Shown here piece by piece: positions 30,113 through 41,317 of a stretch of 64,000 nt of DNA. A program made the translations under genes and the position numbers. Position 1 is the first letter of the stretch. Each line of letters opens with the position of its first letter. The notes under the pieces are model-generated. The model saw only the letters and a list, made by a program, of their open reading frames with translations. It had not been told where the DNA came from and did no database searches. The DNA comes from Gemmatimonadota bacterium (lineage in GTDB: Bacteria > Gemmatimonadota > Gemmatimonadetes > Gemmatimonadales > GWC2-71-9): NCBI GenBank assembly GCA_003222195.1, contig QHVB01000030.1, forward strand, positions 114,883 to 178,882, given 5' to 3'.

Positions 30113-30568
30113 TTATGGCGTGGTTCGAGCCACTACTACGTTGAACCGCGCGCTGTCGCGCGGGCTTCCGTCGTGGACGCGGAATTCGACGCTGGCTCGG
30201 AACTCCGCAGTATCGCTGGGTTGATTCGCATTCGAGCCTGGAGTGATGATCACGAGGAAACACCGAGCCGTGTGAGGTGAGTACAGCGAGCTGATAAGTA
30301 TCCGCCGATGACCGCTCGAGTCCGCACGATTCGGACCTGACCCACCGCGGAAATCCAGCCCGCATACCTCCAAGAACGAGCGCACGTCGATATCCACACC
30401 CGCGATCGGCTGGTTAGCGGAGTCACGGACAAAGACGTGCGCCACGGCCGTAGTTCTGCAGGGGTCGCAACCCATGGGGTCGCCACAATGGGCAGCGAGC
30501 ACGATCGCCGCGCTGCAACCAATGACTGTGATCGGTCGCATGTGCGAGTGGACTATGAGCCGAGACAT
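30113..30568 (-). CDS. Hypothetical secreted protein
   Basis: Hydrophobic stretch followed by Cys; beta-rich; atypical codon usage. Start uncertain. Confidence 0.45.
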   Translation of the reverse strand: MSRLIVHSHMRPITVIGCSAAIVLAAHCGDPMGCDPCRTTAVAHVFVRDSANQPIAGVDIDVRSFLEVCGLDFRGGSGPNRADSSGHRRILISSLYSPHTARCFLVIITPGSNANQPSDTAEFRASVEFRVHDGSPRDSARFNVVVARTTP

Positions 30569-30590
30569 GCCCGCCCGCCTGCCTAGCCGT

Positions 30591-31349
30591 TCAGCGGTGC
30601 CAGTGCGGCACGTCGCTCCACTTCGCAGCCACAAAGAACTCGGCGGGCAACGCGACGTTGCCGCGCCAGTCGCTGTACTGCTCCTTCTGAATGACCTGGC
30701 CGCCGTGCATGATCTCGACCCGCACCGCGAGCCAGCCGCCCGCCACCGGCCTGTAGTCTTCGAGCCGAATGTCGGCCACGTCGGTGGGTGTGGCGGGATT
30801 CAGCGGCACGATCATCCGAACGACGATCAGGCGCTCCCGGTCGACCCAGAATTGCGGTGACGTCGTGTCGCTCGCGGACTGGCTGCCGGCGACCTCGGTC
30901 GCACGGCCCTCCCAGGTCGTCGTGTAGAGTTTGGACAGATCGAACTTGTAGGCGCTGATCTGCCGCAACGTCGTCTCGATCGTTTGATCGTACACGCCCG
31001 CGACAAATGGCAGGAAGGGATTCCCCGAAGCGGCGGTGCGCGTGATCTTGCCGCCCCGGACGGCGTACAGCGAATCGGCCGTGTAGAGGACGCCGTTGCC
31101 GTCTTTGGGGTCGCCGAAATCGATGCGCAACCGGTCCGGCGACTTGAGTGCCTCGTACCAGGTCGATGTGTCGGTCACGCCCTTGCGGGTCTGCGTGGTC
31201 TGCTGGACGAACGTGACGGTCTTGAACCACTTGCCCAGGTACGCCGCGCGCATCCGTTCGAGCAGCGCGCGGCCATCCTGCGGCGCGCGCTCGGTGGCGA
31301 AGCCGGTCAGGACGACGGCGAGTGCGAGCAGGGTTACTTTGGCTGCCAC
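30591..31349 (-). CDS. Secreted protein, LolA-like/outer-membrane-sorting fold
   Basis: Signal peptide; TFVQQT, WYEAL..RLRID, QFWVDRERLIVVR. Confidence 0.7.
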   Translation of the reverse strand: MAAKVTLLALAVVLTGFATERAPQDGRALLERMRAAYLGKWFKTVTFVQQTTQTRKGVTDTSTWYEALKSPDRLRIDFGDPKDGNGVLYTADSLYAVRGGKITRTAASGNPFLPFVAGVYDQTIETTLRQISAYKFDLSKLYTTTWEGRATEVAGSQSASDTTSPQFWVDRERLIVVRMIVPLNPATPTDVADIRLEDYRPVAGGWLAVRVEIMHGGQVIQKEQYSDWRGNVALPAEFFVAAKWSDVPHWHR

Positions 31350-32371
31350 CGGGCCTCCTTGAGCAACTGCGCGATGATGTCCGCGGCCGTCCGCCCCGCC
31401 GCTTCGGCGGCAAAATTGATCACGATCCGGTGCGTGAGCACCGTCGGCGCGACCAGGCGCACGTCGTCCTCGTCCGCCATCGGCCGGCCATCCAGCGCCG
31501 CTCGCGCCTTGGCGCCGAGGATCAGATACTGCGATGCGCGGGGCCCGGCGCCCCAGGAGATGTACTCCTTAATGAAGGGAGGCGAGGCTTCCTCCGGCGG
31601 GCGCGACATCCGCACCAGCGCGACGGCCGCTTTCACGAGCGCCTGGGAAACCGGGATCCGACGCACCAGATGCTGCATCGCGACCACATCGTCGGAGGTG
31701 AGCACCGGACTGACGTCCGCCAGCGCGTCGCCGGTCGTCGAAGCGACGATCGCCTCTTCTTCCTCTTGCGAGGGATAGCTCACCCGCAGCTCGAACATGA
31801 AGCGGTCGAGCTGTGCTTCCGGCAGCGGATACGTCCCCTCCTGCTCGATCGGATTCTGCGTCGCGAGGACGAAGAACGGCGCCGGCAGGCGGTACGTCTG
31901 ACCGGCGGCGGAGACCTGATGCTCCTGCATCGCCTGGAGCAGCGCGGCCTGCGTCTTGGGTGGCGTGCGATTGACCTCGTCGGCGAGCACGATGTTGGCG
32001 AACACCGGCCCGCGCACGAACCGAAAGCCGCGCTTGCCGGTGGCGAGATCCTCCTCGATGATCTCGGTGCCGGTGATGTCGGAGGGCATCAGGTCGGGCG
32101 TGAACTGAATCCGGTTGAAGGCGAGGTCGAGCGTCTCGGCAACCGTCTGGACCATCATCGTCTTGGCGAGTCCCGGCACGCCGACCAGGAGCGCGTGACC
32201 ACCCGCGAAGACTGCCGTGAGAATCCCGTCCAACACGTCGCGCTGGCCCACGATGCGCTGCCCGACTTGCGTGAGCAGATCGCGCCGCGCGGCGGCGAGG
32301 CGCTCGAGGAGCTCGACGTCGCCGGAAACCGGGGAAGAGGGACGGGGGAGGGGGGAAGGGTTTGACGCCAT
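31334..32371 (-). CDS. MoxR family AAA+ ATPase
   Basis: GVPGLAKT, RIQFTPDLMPSDITG, LADEVNRTPPKTQ, ATQNPIEQEGTYPLPEAQLDRF. Confidence 0.93.
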   Translation of the reverse strand: MASNPSPLPRPSSPVSGDVELLERLAAARRDLLTQVGQRIVGQRDVLDGILTAVFAGGHALLVGVPGLAKTMMVQTVAETLDLAFNRIQFTPDLMPSDITGTEIIEEDLATGKRGFRFVRGPVFANIVLADEVNRTPPKTQAALLQAMQEHQVSAAGQTYRLPAPFFVLATQNPIEQEGTYPLPEAQLDRFMFELRVSYPSQEEEEAIVASTTGDALADVSPVLTSDDVVAMQHLVRRIPVSQALVKAAVALVRMSRPPEEASPPFIKEYISWGAGPRASQYLILGAKARAALDGRPMADEDDVRLVAPTVLTHRIVINFAAEAAGRTAADIIAQLLKEARWQPK

Positions 32372-32435
32372 TGCAGCGAAGGTAATCAGTCCCTACCCTC
32401 AAACGCCACATAGCGTTGCATGTCTGACGATTTGC

Positions 32436-32464
32436 TTGCGAAAAATTTCACAAGCGTCTAGGTT
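32436..32464 (+). promoter_or_regulatory. Sigma70-like promoter of the atp operon overlapped by a Rex-type operator
   Basis: TTGCGA-N17-TAGGTT. TTGCGAA-AAAT-TTCACAA (32436-32453) is one mismatch from the Rex box TTGTGAA-N4-TTCACAA. Confidence 0.65.
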
Positions 32465-32478
32465 TCCCGGCGCAACAC

Positions 32479-32742
32479 ATGACTCCCGCACAAAAAGACG
32501 ACGGCAGCTCCGGCTATGGGCAGGGCTACGCGTACTTCGGGATGGCGCTCAACTTCACGATCGCCATTCTCCTGTTCGGTGCGGGCGGCTGGTTCTTGGA
32601 CGGTTGGGTGCACACGCTGCCCCTGTTCACGATCATCGGTGCGTTCGTCGGCGGATTCGCGGGGTTCATGAGCATCTACTATCGGGTGAAAAGAGACACG
32701 GCGGCGCGGGGCGGCGCGGGGCGGCGAACGGGCGGCGAGTGA
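32479..32742 (+). CDS. AtpZ/AtpI family protein
   Basis: Two TM helices, GGWFLDGW..T.PLF; first gene of the atp cluster. Confidence 0.8.
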   Translation: MTPAQKDDGSSGYGQGYAYFGMALNFTIAILLFGAGGWFLDGWVHTLPLFTIIGAFVGGFAGFMSIYYRVKRDTAARGGAGRRTGGE

Positions 32743-33047
32743 GAAACCTGGCGGTTCTCGCCGGGCTTGGGATTGGATTGGTTGTCGCAGCGACGCTGCT
32801 CGGTGGTAAGCCTGCGGCCATCGGTGGCGGGGTGGCACTGCTCGCGCAGCTCTGGGCCGTCGCGCTCCTCCGGCCGAGGATGCGAGCCCCGAATCCCGAG
32901 TTCATGGCCCGCTGGCTCGGCGGGATGGGGATCCGGTTGTTGGGGGTTGGGGTCGTGCTCATCGTCTCAGCGACGCTGCCCGCGTTGCTCGGCTATCTTG
33001 GCGTCCTGTTGCCGCTCCTGTTCCTGGAGACGAGGTTTTTGCGATGA
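32739..33047 (+). CDS. ATP synthase protein I-like membrane protein
   Basis: Four hydrophobic helices; overlaps neighbours at both ends; sits before atpB. Confidence 0.65.
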   Translation: MRNLAVLAGLGIGLVVAATLLGGKPAAIGGGVALLAQLWAVALLRPRMRAPNPEFMARWLGGMGIRLLGVGVVLIVSATLPALLGYLGVLLPLLFLETRFLR

Positions 33048-33880
33048 TGCAAGCGCCCGACATCGGCAAGGTGATCCTCGAGCACACGGCGGACAGCCAT
33101 GTGATCGAGCTGCCGTTCGGGCTGGGCGAGTGGCAATTGCCAGGGCCGTGGTACATCCCCGGAACGCACATCGACGTCGCGCCGACGAAGCACGTCGTAT
33201 TCATGATCCTCGCCGCGGTGCTGGTCTTCCTGACGATCTGGTTTGCCGGGCGTCAGGTAGCGCGGCGCCATCGCGAAGGGAAAGGCCCGAGCGGTTTCGG
33301 CGCCGCAGTCGAGGCGATGGTGCTGTTCGTGCGCGACGACGTTGCGATCGCCAGCATCGGGCACGGCGGCGAGAAGTTCGTGCCGCTGATCGAGACCCTC
33401 TTCTTCTTCATTCTCTACTGCAACCTGCTCGGCCTTTTCCCCTGGGGTGCGACGCCGACCGGCAACCTCGCCGTCACCGGCGGACTGGCACTGATCGCGT
33501 TCCTGGTGATCGAGATCTCCGGCTTCCGCGCCCTCGGCCCGAAGGGCTATCTCAAGACGATCGTGATGGTACCCGCCGGCATGACGGGCTTCGGCGCCGT
33601 GATCATGGCGGTGATCATGACCCCGGTCGAATTGATCGGGAAAATCGTGAAGCCGTTCGCGCTCTGCCTGCGACTGTTCGCGAACATGACGGCCGGGCAC
33701 TTCGTCATCCTCTCGCTCCTGGGACTCATCTTTCTCTTTGCGAACTGGTTCATCGCGGGCGGCACGGTGTTGTTCGTGCTGTTCATGATGTGTCTCGAGC
33801 TGCTGGTCGCGTTTCTGCAGGCATATATCTTTGCGCTCCTTACGTCCGTCTTCATCGGACTCATGCAACACGAACACTAG
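33044..33880 (+). CDS. atpB: F0F1 ATP synthase subunit a
   Basis: NLLGLFP, LRLFANMTAGH, LELLVAFLQAYIF. Confidence 0.95.
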   Translation: MMQAPDIGKVILEHTADSHVIELPFGLGEWQLPGPWYIPGTHIDVAPTKHVVFMILAAVLVFLTIWFAGRQVARRHREGKGPSGFGAAVEAMVLFVRDDVAIASIGHGGEKFVPLIETLFFFILYCNLLGLFPWGATPTGNLAVTGGLALIAFLVIEISGFRALGPKGYLKTIVMVPAGMTGFGAVIMAVIMTPVELIGKIVKPFALCLRLFANMTAGHFVILSLLGLIFLFANWFIAGGTVLFVLFMMCLELLVAFLQAYIFALLTSVFIGLMQHEH

Positions 33881-34715
<835 letters not shown>

Positions 34716-34719
<4 letters not shown>

Positions 34720-35240
34720 AAAGCATCACGATCGCGCGCAATTACGCCGAGGCGCTGTTCGCCGCGGGCGACCGGTTCAATGAGATCCTCGACGCCATGG
34801 CGGGCGCTATCGAGGCGGACGAGCGGATCAAGACCGTGCTCCAATCGCCCCGCGTCTCGAAGGCTGCCAAGGGCAAGATCCTGGAGCGTGCGTTGAAAGG
34901 CGAGGCGCCGGTGGAGTTTGTCCGGTTCCTGCAAGCGGTTGTGCGGCGCGGCCGTCAGGGTCTACTGCCCGAGATAGCGCAGGAATACCAGGTGCTGTTA
35001 GATGAAAAGCTGAATCGCGTACACGCCGGCGTCACGCTGGCGGACGAGCCCGATGCGAGCACGCAGAAGCAGGTGATCGATCGGCTCACGAAGGTGCTGG
35101 GGCGGGAGGTGCGGGCCTACTTCCGGTCCGATCCCAAGATCCTCGGCGGGGTAGTGGTACGCGTCGGCGACCGTATCTTCGATGGCTCGGTTCGCCGGCG
35201 GCTCACCGCGTTGCAACGGAGAATGCTTACAGGGGAGTGA
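34716..35240 (+). CDS. atpH: F0F1 ATP synthase subunit delta
   Basis: ARNYAEALF, DPKILGGVVVRVGDRIFDGS. Confidence 0.93.
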
Positions 35241-36244
35241 CTATGAAAAGCCTCGCGTTGCTGGGTTTGCTCGCTGTCGCAGTTCCTTTCGTCGATAAGC
35301 CTCCAGTCATCAAAGAATGGCCTGTACCCTGGGCGGACACGCGCCCGCGCGACCCGTTCCTCGATCCGACCACGAACCGCATCTGGTTCTGCGGCCAGGC
35401 GGGCAACTACATCGCCTATTTCGTCCCGGCGACCGGAGCGTTCAAGAAATACGATCTGCCGCCCGGCAGCGGCCCGCATAACCTGATCGTCGACAAGTCG
35501 GGATTCGTGTGGTTCTCGGGCAATCTCGCGGGATACATCGGCCGGCTCGATCCGAAGGACGGCAGCGTCAAGCAGTATCCGATTCCCGATCGGATGGTGC
35601 GCGATCCGCACACCCTCGTGTTCGACAAGAACGGCGACATCTGGTTCACGGCGCAAGGCGGCAACGCGGTCGGACACCTCACGGTGTCGACCGGCGCGAT
35701 CCGGCTGATCAAGGTGCCGACCGAGAACGCGCGCCCGTACGGCATCAAGCTGGATTCGAAGGGCCGTCCCTGGTTCATGGAGTTCGGCACGAACAAGATC
35801 GCCACCGTGGATCCCGCGACGCTGCAACTCCGCGAAATCACGCTGCCGCGCCCGGAGACCCGCCCGCGGCGGATGGAAATCACGTCCGACGACAAGATCT
35901 GGTACGGCGACTACGCGGGCGGCATGCTCGGCCGCTACGATCCTGCCACAGGCAAGGTCGACGAGTGGCAGCTGCCGGGCGGCGCGGACGCGCGGCCCTA
36001 CGCGATGGTGCGCGACGATGAGGACCGCGTCTGGGTGGTCGAGACGTCGCGGCCCAATCGGTTCGTCTCGTTCGATTCGCGCACGCTACAGTTCTCGGCC
36101 GAGACGCCGGTGCCGAGTGGCGGCGGGGTGGTGCGGCACATGTTCTACGATCCCGCGACGAAGGCAATCTGGTTCGGCACGGACAACAACACCTTGGGTC
36201 AGGCGATCGTGCCGCCGCGGACCCCGACGCCGCAGACGCCGTAG
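35237..36244 (+). CDS. Secreted Vgb (streptogramin lyase)-like beta-propeller protein
   Basis: Signal peptide; repeated GPH/DPH/RPY..D..G.IWF blades. Confidence 0.8.
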   Translation: MTMKSLALLGLLAVAVPFVDKPPVIKEWPVPWADTRPRDPFLDPTTNRIWFCGQAGNYIAYFVPATGAFKKYDLPPGSGPHNLIVDKSGFVWFSGNLAGYIGRLDPKDGSVKQYPIPDRMVRDPHTLVFDKNGDIWFTAQGGNAVGHLTVSTGAIRLIKVPTENARPYGIKLDSKGRPWFMEFGTNKIATVDPATLQLREITLPRPETRPRRMEITSDDKIWYGDYAGGMLGRYDPATGKVDEWQLPGGADARPYAMVRDDEDRVWVVETSRPNRFVSFDSRTLQFSAETPVPSGGGVVRHMFYDPATKAIWFGTDNNTLGQAIVPPRTPTPQTP

Positions 36245-36271
36245 GGGCGCAGCATGCTGCGCCGCCCCTAC
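36241..36271. repeat. REP-like palindrome copy 4 (3-nt internal duplication), supplies the TAG stop
   Basis: GTAGGGGCGCAGCATGCTGCGCCGCCCCTAC; TAG at 36242-36244 ends the Vgb-like gene. Confidence 0.88.
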
Positions 36272-36328
36272 CTTCCCGGCGGGGGCCGGATATAATAGCG
36301 GCTCACTTCAATCCGAGAGCCGCTGTCC

Positions 36329-39300
36329 ATGTCCGTCCTCCGCCGTCTGTGTGTCGCCGGGTGTTTGCTCACACTCGCGAACCCTGCCACAGCCCAACGT
36401 CGCACCCGTCCCGCGTCCCCCGTCCCTTCTCCCGCTTTTGATACATCGCTCTACAACGCCCTCGAGTGGCGCGAGATCGGGCCGTTCCGCGGCGGGCGCG
36501 TCACCGCGGTGGCGGGTCACGCCGCGCAGCCGCTGACGTTCTACTTTGGCGGAACCGGCGGCGGCGTGTGGAAGACGACCGACGGCGGCGTCACCTGGAC
36601 GCCGATCTCGGACAAGGTCTTCCGCGCCGGATCGATCGGGGCGATCGAGGTCGCGCCGTCCGATCCCAACGTGATCTACGTCGGCACCGGCGAGTCGCCC
36701 ATTCGCGGCAACGTGTCGCCCGGCAACGGCGTGTACAAGTCCACGGACGAGGGGAAGACGTGGACCCACGTCGGGCTCCCCAACGCCGGCCAGATCGGCG
36801 CCATCAGGGTCCACCCGACCAACGCCGACCTGGTCTACGTCGCGGTACTCGGCCACGCCTTCGGTCCCAATCCCGATCGCGGCGTGTTCCGCTCGAAAGA
36901 CGGCGGCAAGACGTGGGAGAAAGTGCTGTTCCGGTCGGACTCCGCCGGCGCGGTCGATCTCGCGCTGGACCCCGCCAATCCTCGCATCCTCTACGCGGCG
37001 TTCTGGCAGGCGCGCCGCGGGCCGTGGTACATGTCGAGCGGCGGGCCCGGCTCCGGGCTGTTCAAGTCCACCGACGGCGGCGACACGTGGAAGGAGCTCA
37101 CCCGCAATGAGGGTCTCCCGAAAGGCGTGATCGGGAAGATCGGCGTCACCGTGTCCGCCAATCACGACCGCGTGTGGGCGATCGTGGAGGCGGATTCAGG
37201 CGGCGTGTTCCGCTCCGACGACGGCGGCGAGACGTGGCGACGGACGAACGAGGAGCGCAATCTCCGCCAGCGCGCCTGGTACTACTCCCACATCCACGCC
37301 GATCCCAAAGATCCCGAGACGGTCTACGTGTTGAACACGGGGATGTATCGCTCGGTGGACGGCGGCCGGACGTTCACGCAGCTGCGCGCGCCCCACGGCG
37401 ACCACCATGGCCTGTGGATCGCGCCCAACGATCCGGCCCGGATGATCAACAGCAACGACGGCGGCGCGAACATCAGCTACAACGGCGGCGCGACGTGGAC
37501 GTCCCAGGACAACCAGCCGACCGCCCAGTTCTATCACGTCATCGCCACCACGCACGTCCCCTATAAGGTTTGCGGGTCGCAGCAGGACAACAGCACCGTG
37601 TGCATCGCGAGCCGCACCGATGGGGGGACCATCGGCGAGAAGGACTGGTACGAGGTGGGCGGCGGCGAGAGCGGCTGGATCGCGGCGCGCGCCGACGATC
37701 CCGACATCGTCTACGCGGGCAGTTACAGCTATCTCTCGCGACTCGACGTCCGGACCGGCCAGGAGCGGAACATCTTCCCCTGGCCGGACAACCCCATGGG
37801 CTGGGGCGCCGGCGACCTCAAGTACCGCTTCCAGTGGACGTTCCCCGTCGTGCTGTCGCCGTTCAATCCCAGCGTGCTCTACGTGGGCGCCAATGTGGTC
37901 TTCCGCAGCACGAACGAAGGCCAGAGCTGGGAGGCGATCTCAGCAGACCTGACCCGAAGCGATAAATCGAAAGAAGGTCCCTCCGGCGGGCCGATCACGA
38001 AGGACAACACGAGCGTCGAGTACTACAACACCGTCTTCGTGATCGCGCCAAGCCCCAAGGACTCCGGGTTGATCTGGGCCGGGAGCGACGACGGCTTGGT
38101 GCACGTGACGCGGGACGGCGGGAAGACGTGGACCAACGTGACGCCGCCCGCGCGCGACCTTCCCGACTGGTCGCTGATTTCGTCCATTGAGCCATCACCC
38201 CACGACGCGGGGACCGCCTACATCGCGGCGACGCGGTACAAGCTCGACGACTTCAAGCCATACATCTTCAAGACTCAGGACTACGGCCGAACCTGGCGTG
38301 CGATCACCGGCGGGATCCCGGACGGCCACTTCATTCGGGTGGTGCGCGAGGATCCCGCGCGGCGCGGCCTGCTCTATGCCGGCGGCGAGTTCGGCGTGTA
38401 TGTGTCGTTCGACGAGGGCAGCAGTTGGCAGTCGTTGCAGCGCAACCTCCCCGTCGTGCCGATTCACGACCTGGTGGTCAAAGACAACGACCTCGTCGCG
38501 GCGACCCACGGGCGGGCGTTCTGGATCCTCGATGACGTGACGCCGCTGCAACAGCTCGCCGACTCGGTCGCGCGCGCGACACGCTTCGTCTACACGCCGC
38601 GCACGGCGTATCGTAGGGGTTTGGGAGGGGGATTCGGGGGTGGCGGTGGCGGTCAGGTCGGGGGCGGACGCAATCCACCAGGCGGGGCTGTCGTCTTCTT
38701 CTATCTCAAGACCGCTCCTGATTCAGCGACCAACGTAAGCCTCGACGTTCTGGACAGCCGCGATTCCCTGGTCCGGAGGTTTACTCCCAAGCCCCGAGCG
38801 CCGAGCCCCGATTCCCTCAAAGTGCGCGCCGGGATGAACCGGTTCGTGTGGAACCTGCGCTACCCCGACGCCAGTCGCTTCCAGGGGATGATCTACTGGG
38901 CGGGGGGTACGGCAGGGCCGGTGGCGATGCCGGGCACTTACAAGGTCAGGCTGACGGTGGGCGATTGGTCGCAGACGCGCGTGTTCACGGTGCGGCCCGA
39001 TCCGCGCCTTAAGACGACGCCGGAGGAATATCAGCGCCAGTTCGACCTGCTCATGAAGATCTCGGGCCGCGTGAGCGCGGCGAACGACGCCGTCCGGCGG
39101 ATTCGCGAGGTGCGCGAGCAGCTCGACGGCGCGGCCACCCGCGCTAAGGGACTCCCGGGTGATGCCGCCAAGCGCATCGCGCAGCAGGTCGACTCGATCA
39201 AGGGACGGCTCGCCGCGGTCGAGGAGGCGATTTATCAGGTGAAGAACCGCTCGAGCCAGGATCCGCTCAATTATCCGATCCGGTTGAACAACAAGATCGC

Positions 39301-39487
39301 GTCGCTGGCGGGCGTCGTGGCGGGCGCCGAGGCCGCGCCGACGGCGCAGGCGGTTCAGGTGTTCGACGAGCTGTCGACGGCGCTGCAGGTGCAGCTCGAC
39401 CGGTTGAAGACCGTCCTCGACACGGACATCCCGGCGTTCAACCGGCTCGTGAAGGAGAGCGACGTCCCGGCGATCATCTTGCGGTGA
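36329..39487 (+). CDS. Secreted BNR/Asp-box repeat (VPS10/sortilin-like) glycosyl hydrolase
   Basis: WREIGPFRGGR, many S/T-x-D-G-G-x-T-W Asp boxes, C-terminal coiled coil. Confidence 0.88.
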   Translation: MSVLRRLCVAGCLLTLANPATAQRRTRPASPVPSPAFDTSLYNALEWREIGPFRGGRVTAVAGHAAQPLTFYFGGTGGGVWKTTDGGVTWTPISDKVFRAGSIGAIEVAPSDPNVIYVGTGESPIRGNVSPGNGVYKSTDEGKTWTHVGLPNAGQIGAIRVHPTNADLVYVAVLGHAFGPNPDRGVFRSKDGGKTWEKVLFRSDSAGAVDLALDPANPRILYAAFWQARRGPWYMSSGGPGSGLFKSTDGGDTWKELTRNEGLPKGVIGKIGVTVSANHDRVWAIVEADSGGVFRSDDGGETWRRTNEERNLRQRAWYYSHIHADPKDPETVYVLNTGMYRSVDGGRTFTQLRAPHGDHHGLWIAPNDPARMINSNDGGANISYNGGATWTSQDNQPTAQFYHVIATTHVPYKVCGSQQDNSTVCIASRTDGGTIGEKDWYEVGGGESGWIAARADDPDIVYAGSYSYLSRLDVRTGQERNIFPWPDNPMGWGAGDLKYRFQWTFPVVLSPFNPSVLYVGANVVFRSTNEGQSWEAISADLTRSDKSKEGPSGGPITKDNTSVEYYNTVFVIAPSPKDSGLIWAGSDDGLVHVTRDGGKTWTNVTPPARDLPDWSLISSIEPSPHDAGTAYIAATRYKLDDFKPYIFKTQDYGRTWRAITGGIPDGHFIRVVREDPARRGLLYAGGEFGVYVSFDEGSSWQSLQRNLPVVPIHDLVVKDNDLVAATHGRAFWILDDVTPLQQLADSVARATRFVYTPRTAYRRGLGGGFGGGGGGQVGGGRNPPGGAVVFFYLKTAPDSATNVSLDVLDSRDSLVRRFTPKPRAPSPDSLKVRAGMNRFVWNLRYPDASRFQGMIYWAGGTAGPVAMPGTYKVRLTVGDWSQTRVFTVRPDPRLKTTPEEYQRQFDLLMKISGRVSAANDAVRRIREVREQLDGAATRAKGLPGDAAKRIAQQVDSIKGRLAAVEEAIYQVKNRSSQDPLNYPIRLNNKIASLAGVVAGAEAAPTAQAVQVFDELSTALQVQLDRLKTVLDTDIPAFNRLVKESDVPAIILR

Positions 39488-39490
39488 GCG

Positions 39491-40096
39491 TTAGAGCCGG
39501 TAGCGCAGGCCGAGTCCGATGCCGTAGCGCCAGGTGACTCGCCGCTCCAATTCGGACGGCAAGTCACCTGGTTCGAACCACGATTTCGAAAGCATGCCCT
39601 CGAGCCGAATCGCGCCCGAGAAGCGACTCGCGATCGGCCATTCGTACGCCGTTGCGACCACGACGCCGGCGCGGGATCGGGTCTCGTCGTCGGACTTCCA
39701 GAGGTGGAGGGAGGGTCCTAGTTCCGCTCGTATCGCTCCGCTCGACCCTATCCCCACCACCTGGAAGTTGAGCAGCAGTTGGCCTTCGAGTACCTCACCG
39801 GACGAATTGTCGGTCAGCGTCAAGTCGGGAGCCGCGGCCGTAAGGCCGACGGTTGCGTACGATACCTGTAGTCCCAGACGTGCCCGGCCCCCGCCAATCG
39901 CGCGATCCACGCGCACCCCGAACGTAGTAGCATTGGCGGGCCGAACCGTCGTTGGGCCGCTACTCTCATTCGCGGCGCCGGACGATCCACGATAGTGGGT
40001 GGCATTGATCTCGAATCCCACATTCCATTGCGCTGCAGCGGGGACGGCGATCACCGTGATGAACACCAGTACCGCTGCTTGAACACGCATAGTCAC
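39491..40096 (-). CDS. Putative outer-membrane beta-barrel protein
   Basis: Signal peptide; alternating beta strands; C-terminal YGIGLGLRYRL. Confidence 0.6.
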   Translation of the reverse strand: MTMRVQAAVLVFITVIAVPAAAQWNVGFEINATHYRGSSGAANESSGPTTVRPANATTFGVRVDRAIGGGRARLGLQVSYATVGLTAAAPDLTLTDNSSGEVLEGQLLLNFQVVGIGSSGAIRAELGPSLHLWKSDDETRSRAGVVVATAYEWPIASRFSGAIRLEGMLSKSWFEPGDLPSELERRVTWRYGIGLGLRYRL

Positions 40097-40102
40097 AAGC
40101 CC

Positions 40103-41317
40103 TCAGTACATGACCAGGTTGATCCAGCCATTCGTGATGTTGTTGTCGCCCTTGACGAACCAGTTGTAGCCGGGATATGAGGCGCCAACGATGTCGTCTT
40201 CCACAGCGGTACCGACCAGGTCGTCATTGGTTCTGAAGAACGAAGCAATCGCCTGCCAGAGATTCTTGCCGGCTTTGGCGTACTTATATGCTTTCGAGAC
40301 CGGGCCACTGGAGTCGTTGCCGGCGGTGAGCTGGCGGTACAGGCTGTCCACGACCTGAAAGAGTCGCTCCGCACGTCCCACGTCGGTCTTGATCTGGCAG
40401 GCGGTGTCGTCGTCCTCGACGACGAACACGCGGAGGTTCTGCTGCGGGTGCGCAGCATTGTATTGATCGAGCTGTGTCTTCGAGAACAGCAACACGTTTC
40501 CTGACCAGTCGAGGTCGTTCTGATCGAAGGTGTACGGACCGCCGGCGTGCTCGCCCGCGCATTGGTAGTCATAGAGGGAGTCGCTCTGGCCCTTTTGTCC
40601 CAGCATGTGTACTTCAAATTCGGGTGAGCCTTTCAACCAGCCTTCAAAGTCTTGCACGAAATGGCTTTTGGTCATGTACAGACCGGGGGACGGCGGAGGT
40701 GGGGGAACGACGTCCCCGATCGGGCCTCCGCCGCCGCCGCTGCAATCGACAATGCATTCCTCGACGCGGCTCGGCGTCTGCGAGAAGTCCGTTTCGACGG
40801 GCACGACAGCCAGCACGGGTATTGTCGGTGGCGCTTTGGGATCGAGCACCTGGCGGCGCCCCTTCGCATCGAACGCGATGGGTGGGTCGTCGTCGGTCAA
40901 GGCCGTTGCGACGAGGATGTTCTCATCCCCGGTCCATAACGCTCGGTGGGCGGGGACGGGGATGTAGACCTCGAGCTCGATCGCCGCCTTCGCCTGCTCG
41001 GCGATGGACTCTTCGGTCTCGCCGCTCTCGCTCGCGATTTGGCGCAGGGCGTGGCCGTTATTGGCGGCAAGGAAGGTCTGGAATTGGAGCTTGTGCTCGC
41101 GATACGGCGACGCATCGAGCTGGGCTTTCAGGTACGCGCGGAACGCCGCGTTCCTGAGCCCCTTCGCCACGATCTTCGCGAGCGCCTCGGGCCGCTTCGA
41201 CAGATTCGCGAGCGAGGCGGCGGCCGGGGCACCGCCGTCCGGCTCGGTCACGGGAGCGCGGTCGGCGCAGCCCAGAGCGGCCGTGAATGCGGCAATGGCA
41301 AGGATACGGTGCAACAT
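40103..41317 (-). CDS. Putative lipoprotein (DUF3103-like)
   Basis: AALGC lipobox; AFDAKGRRQVLDPKAPP..PVLAV, EGWLKGSPEF. Family call is from memory. Confidence 0.6.
   Translation of the reverse strand: MLHRILAIAAFTAALGCADRAPVTEPDGGAPAAASLANLSKRPEALAKIVAKGLRNAAFRAYLKAQLDASPYREHKLQFQTFLAANNGHALRQIASESGETEESIAEQAKAAIELEVYIPVPAHRALWTGDENILVATALTDDDPPIAFDAKGRRQVLDPKAPPTIPVLAVVPVETDFSQTPSRVEECIVDCSGGGGGPIGDVVPPPPPSPGLYMTKSHFVQDFEGWLKGSPEFEVHMLGQKGQSDSLYDYQCAGEHAGGPYTFDQNDLDWSGNVLLFSKTQLDQYNAAHPQQNLRVFVVEDDDTACQIKTDVGRAERLFQVVDSLYRQLTAGNDSSGPVSKAYKYAKAGKNLWQAIASFFRTNDDLVGTAVEDDIVGASYPGYNWFVKGDNNITNGWINLVMY

Noticed and set aside
35237-36244. Streptogramin B resistance gene vgb
   Set aside because: Only the propeller fold is supported, and the signal peptide argues against calling a cytoplasmic resistance lyase.
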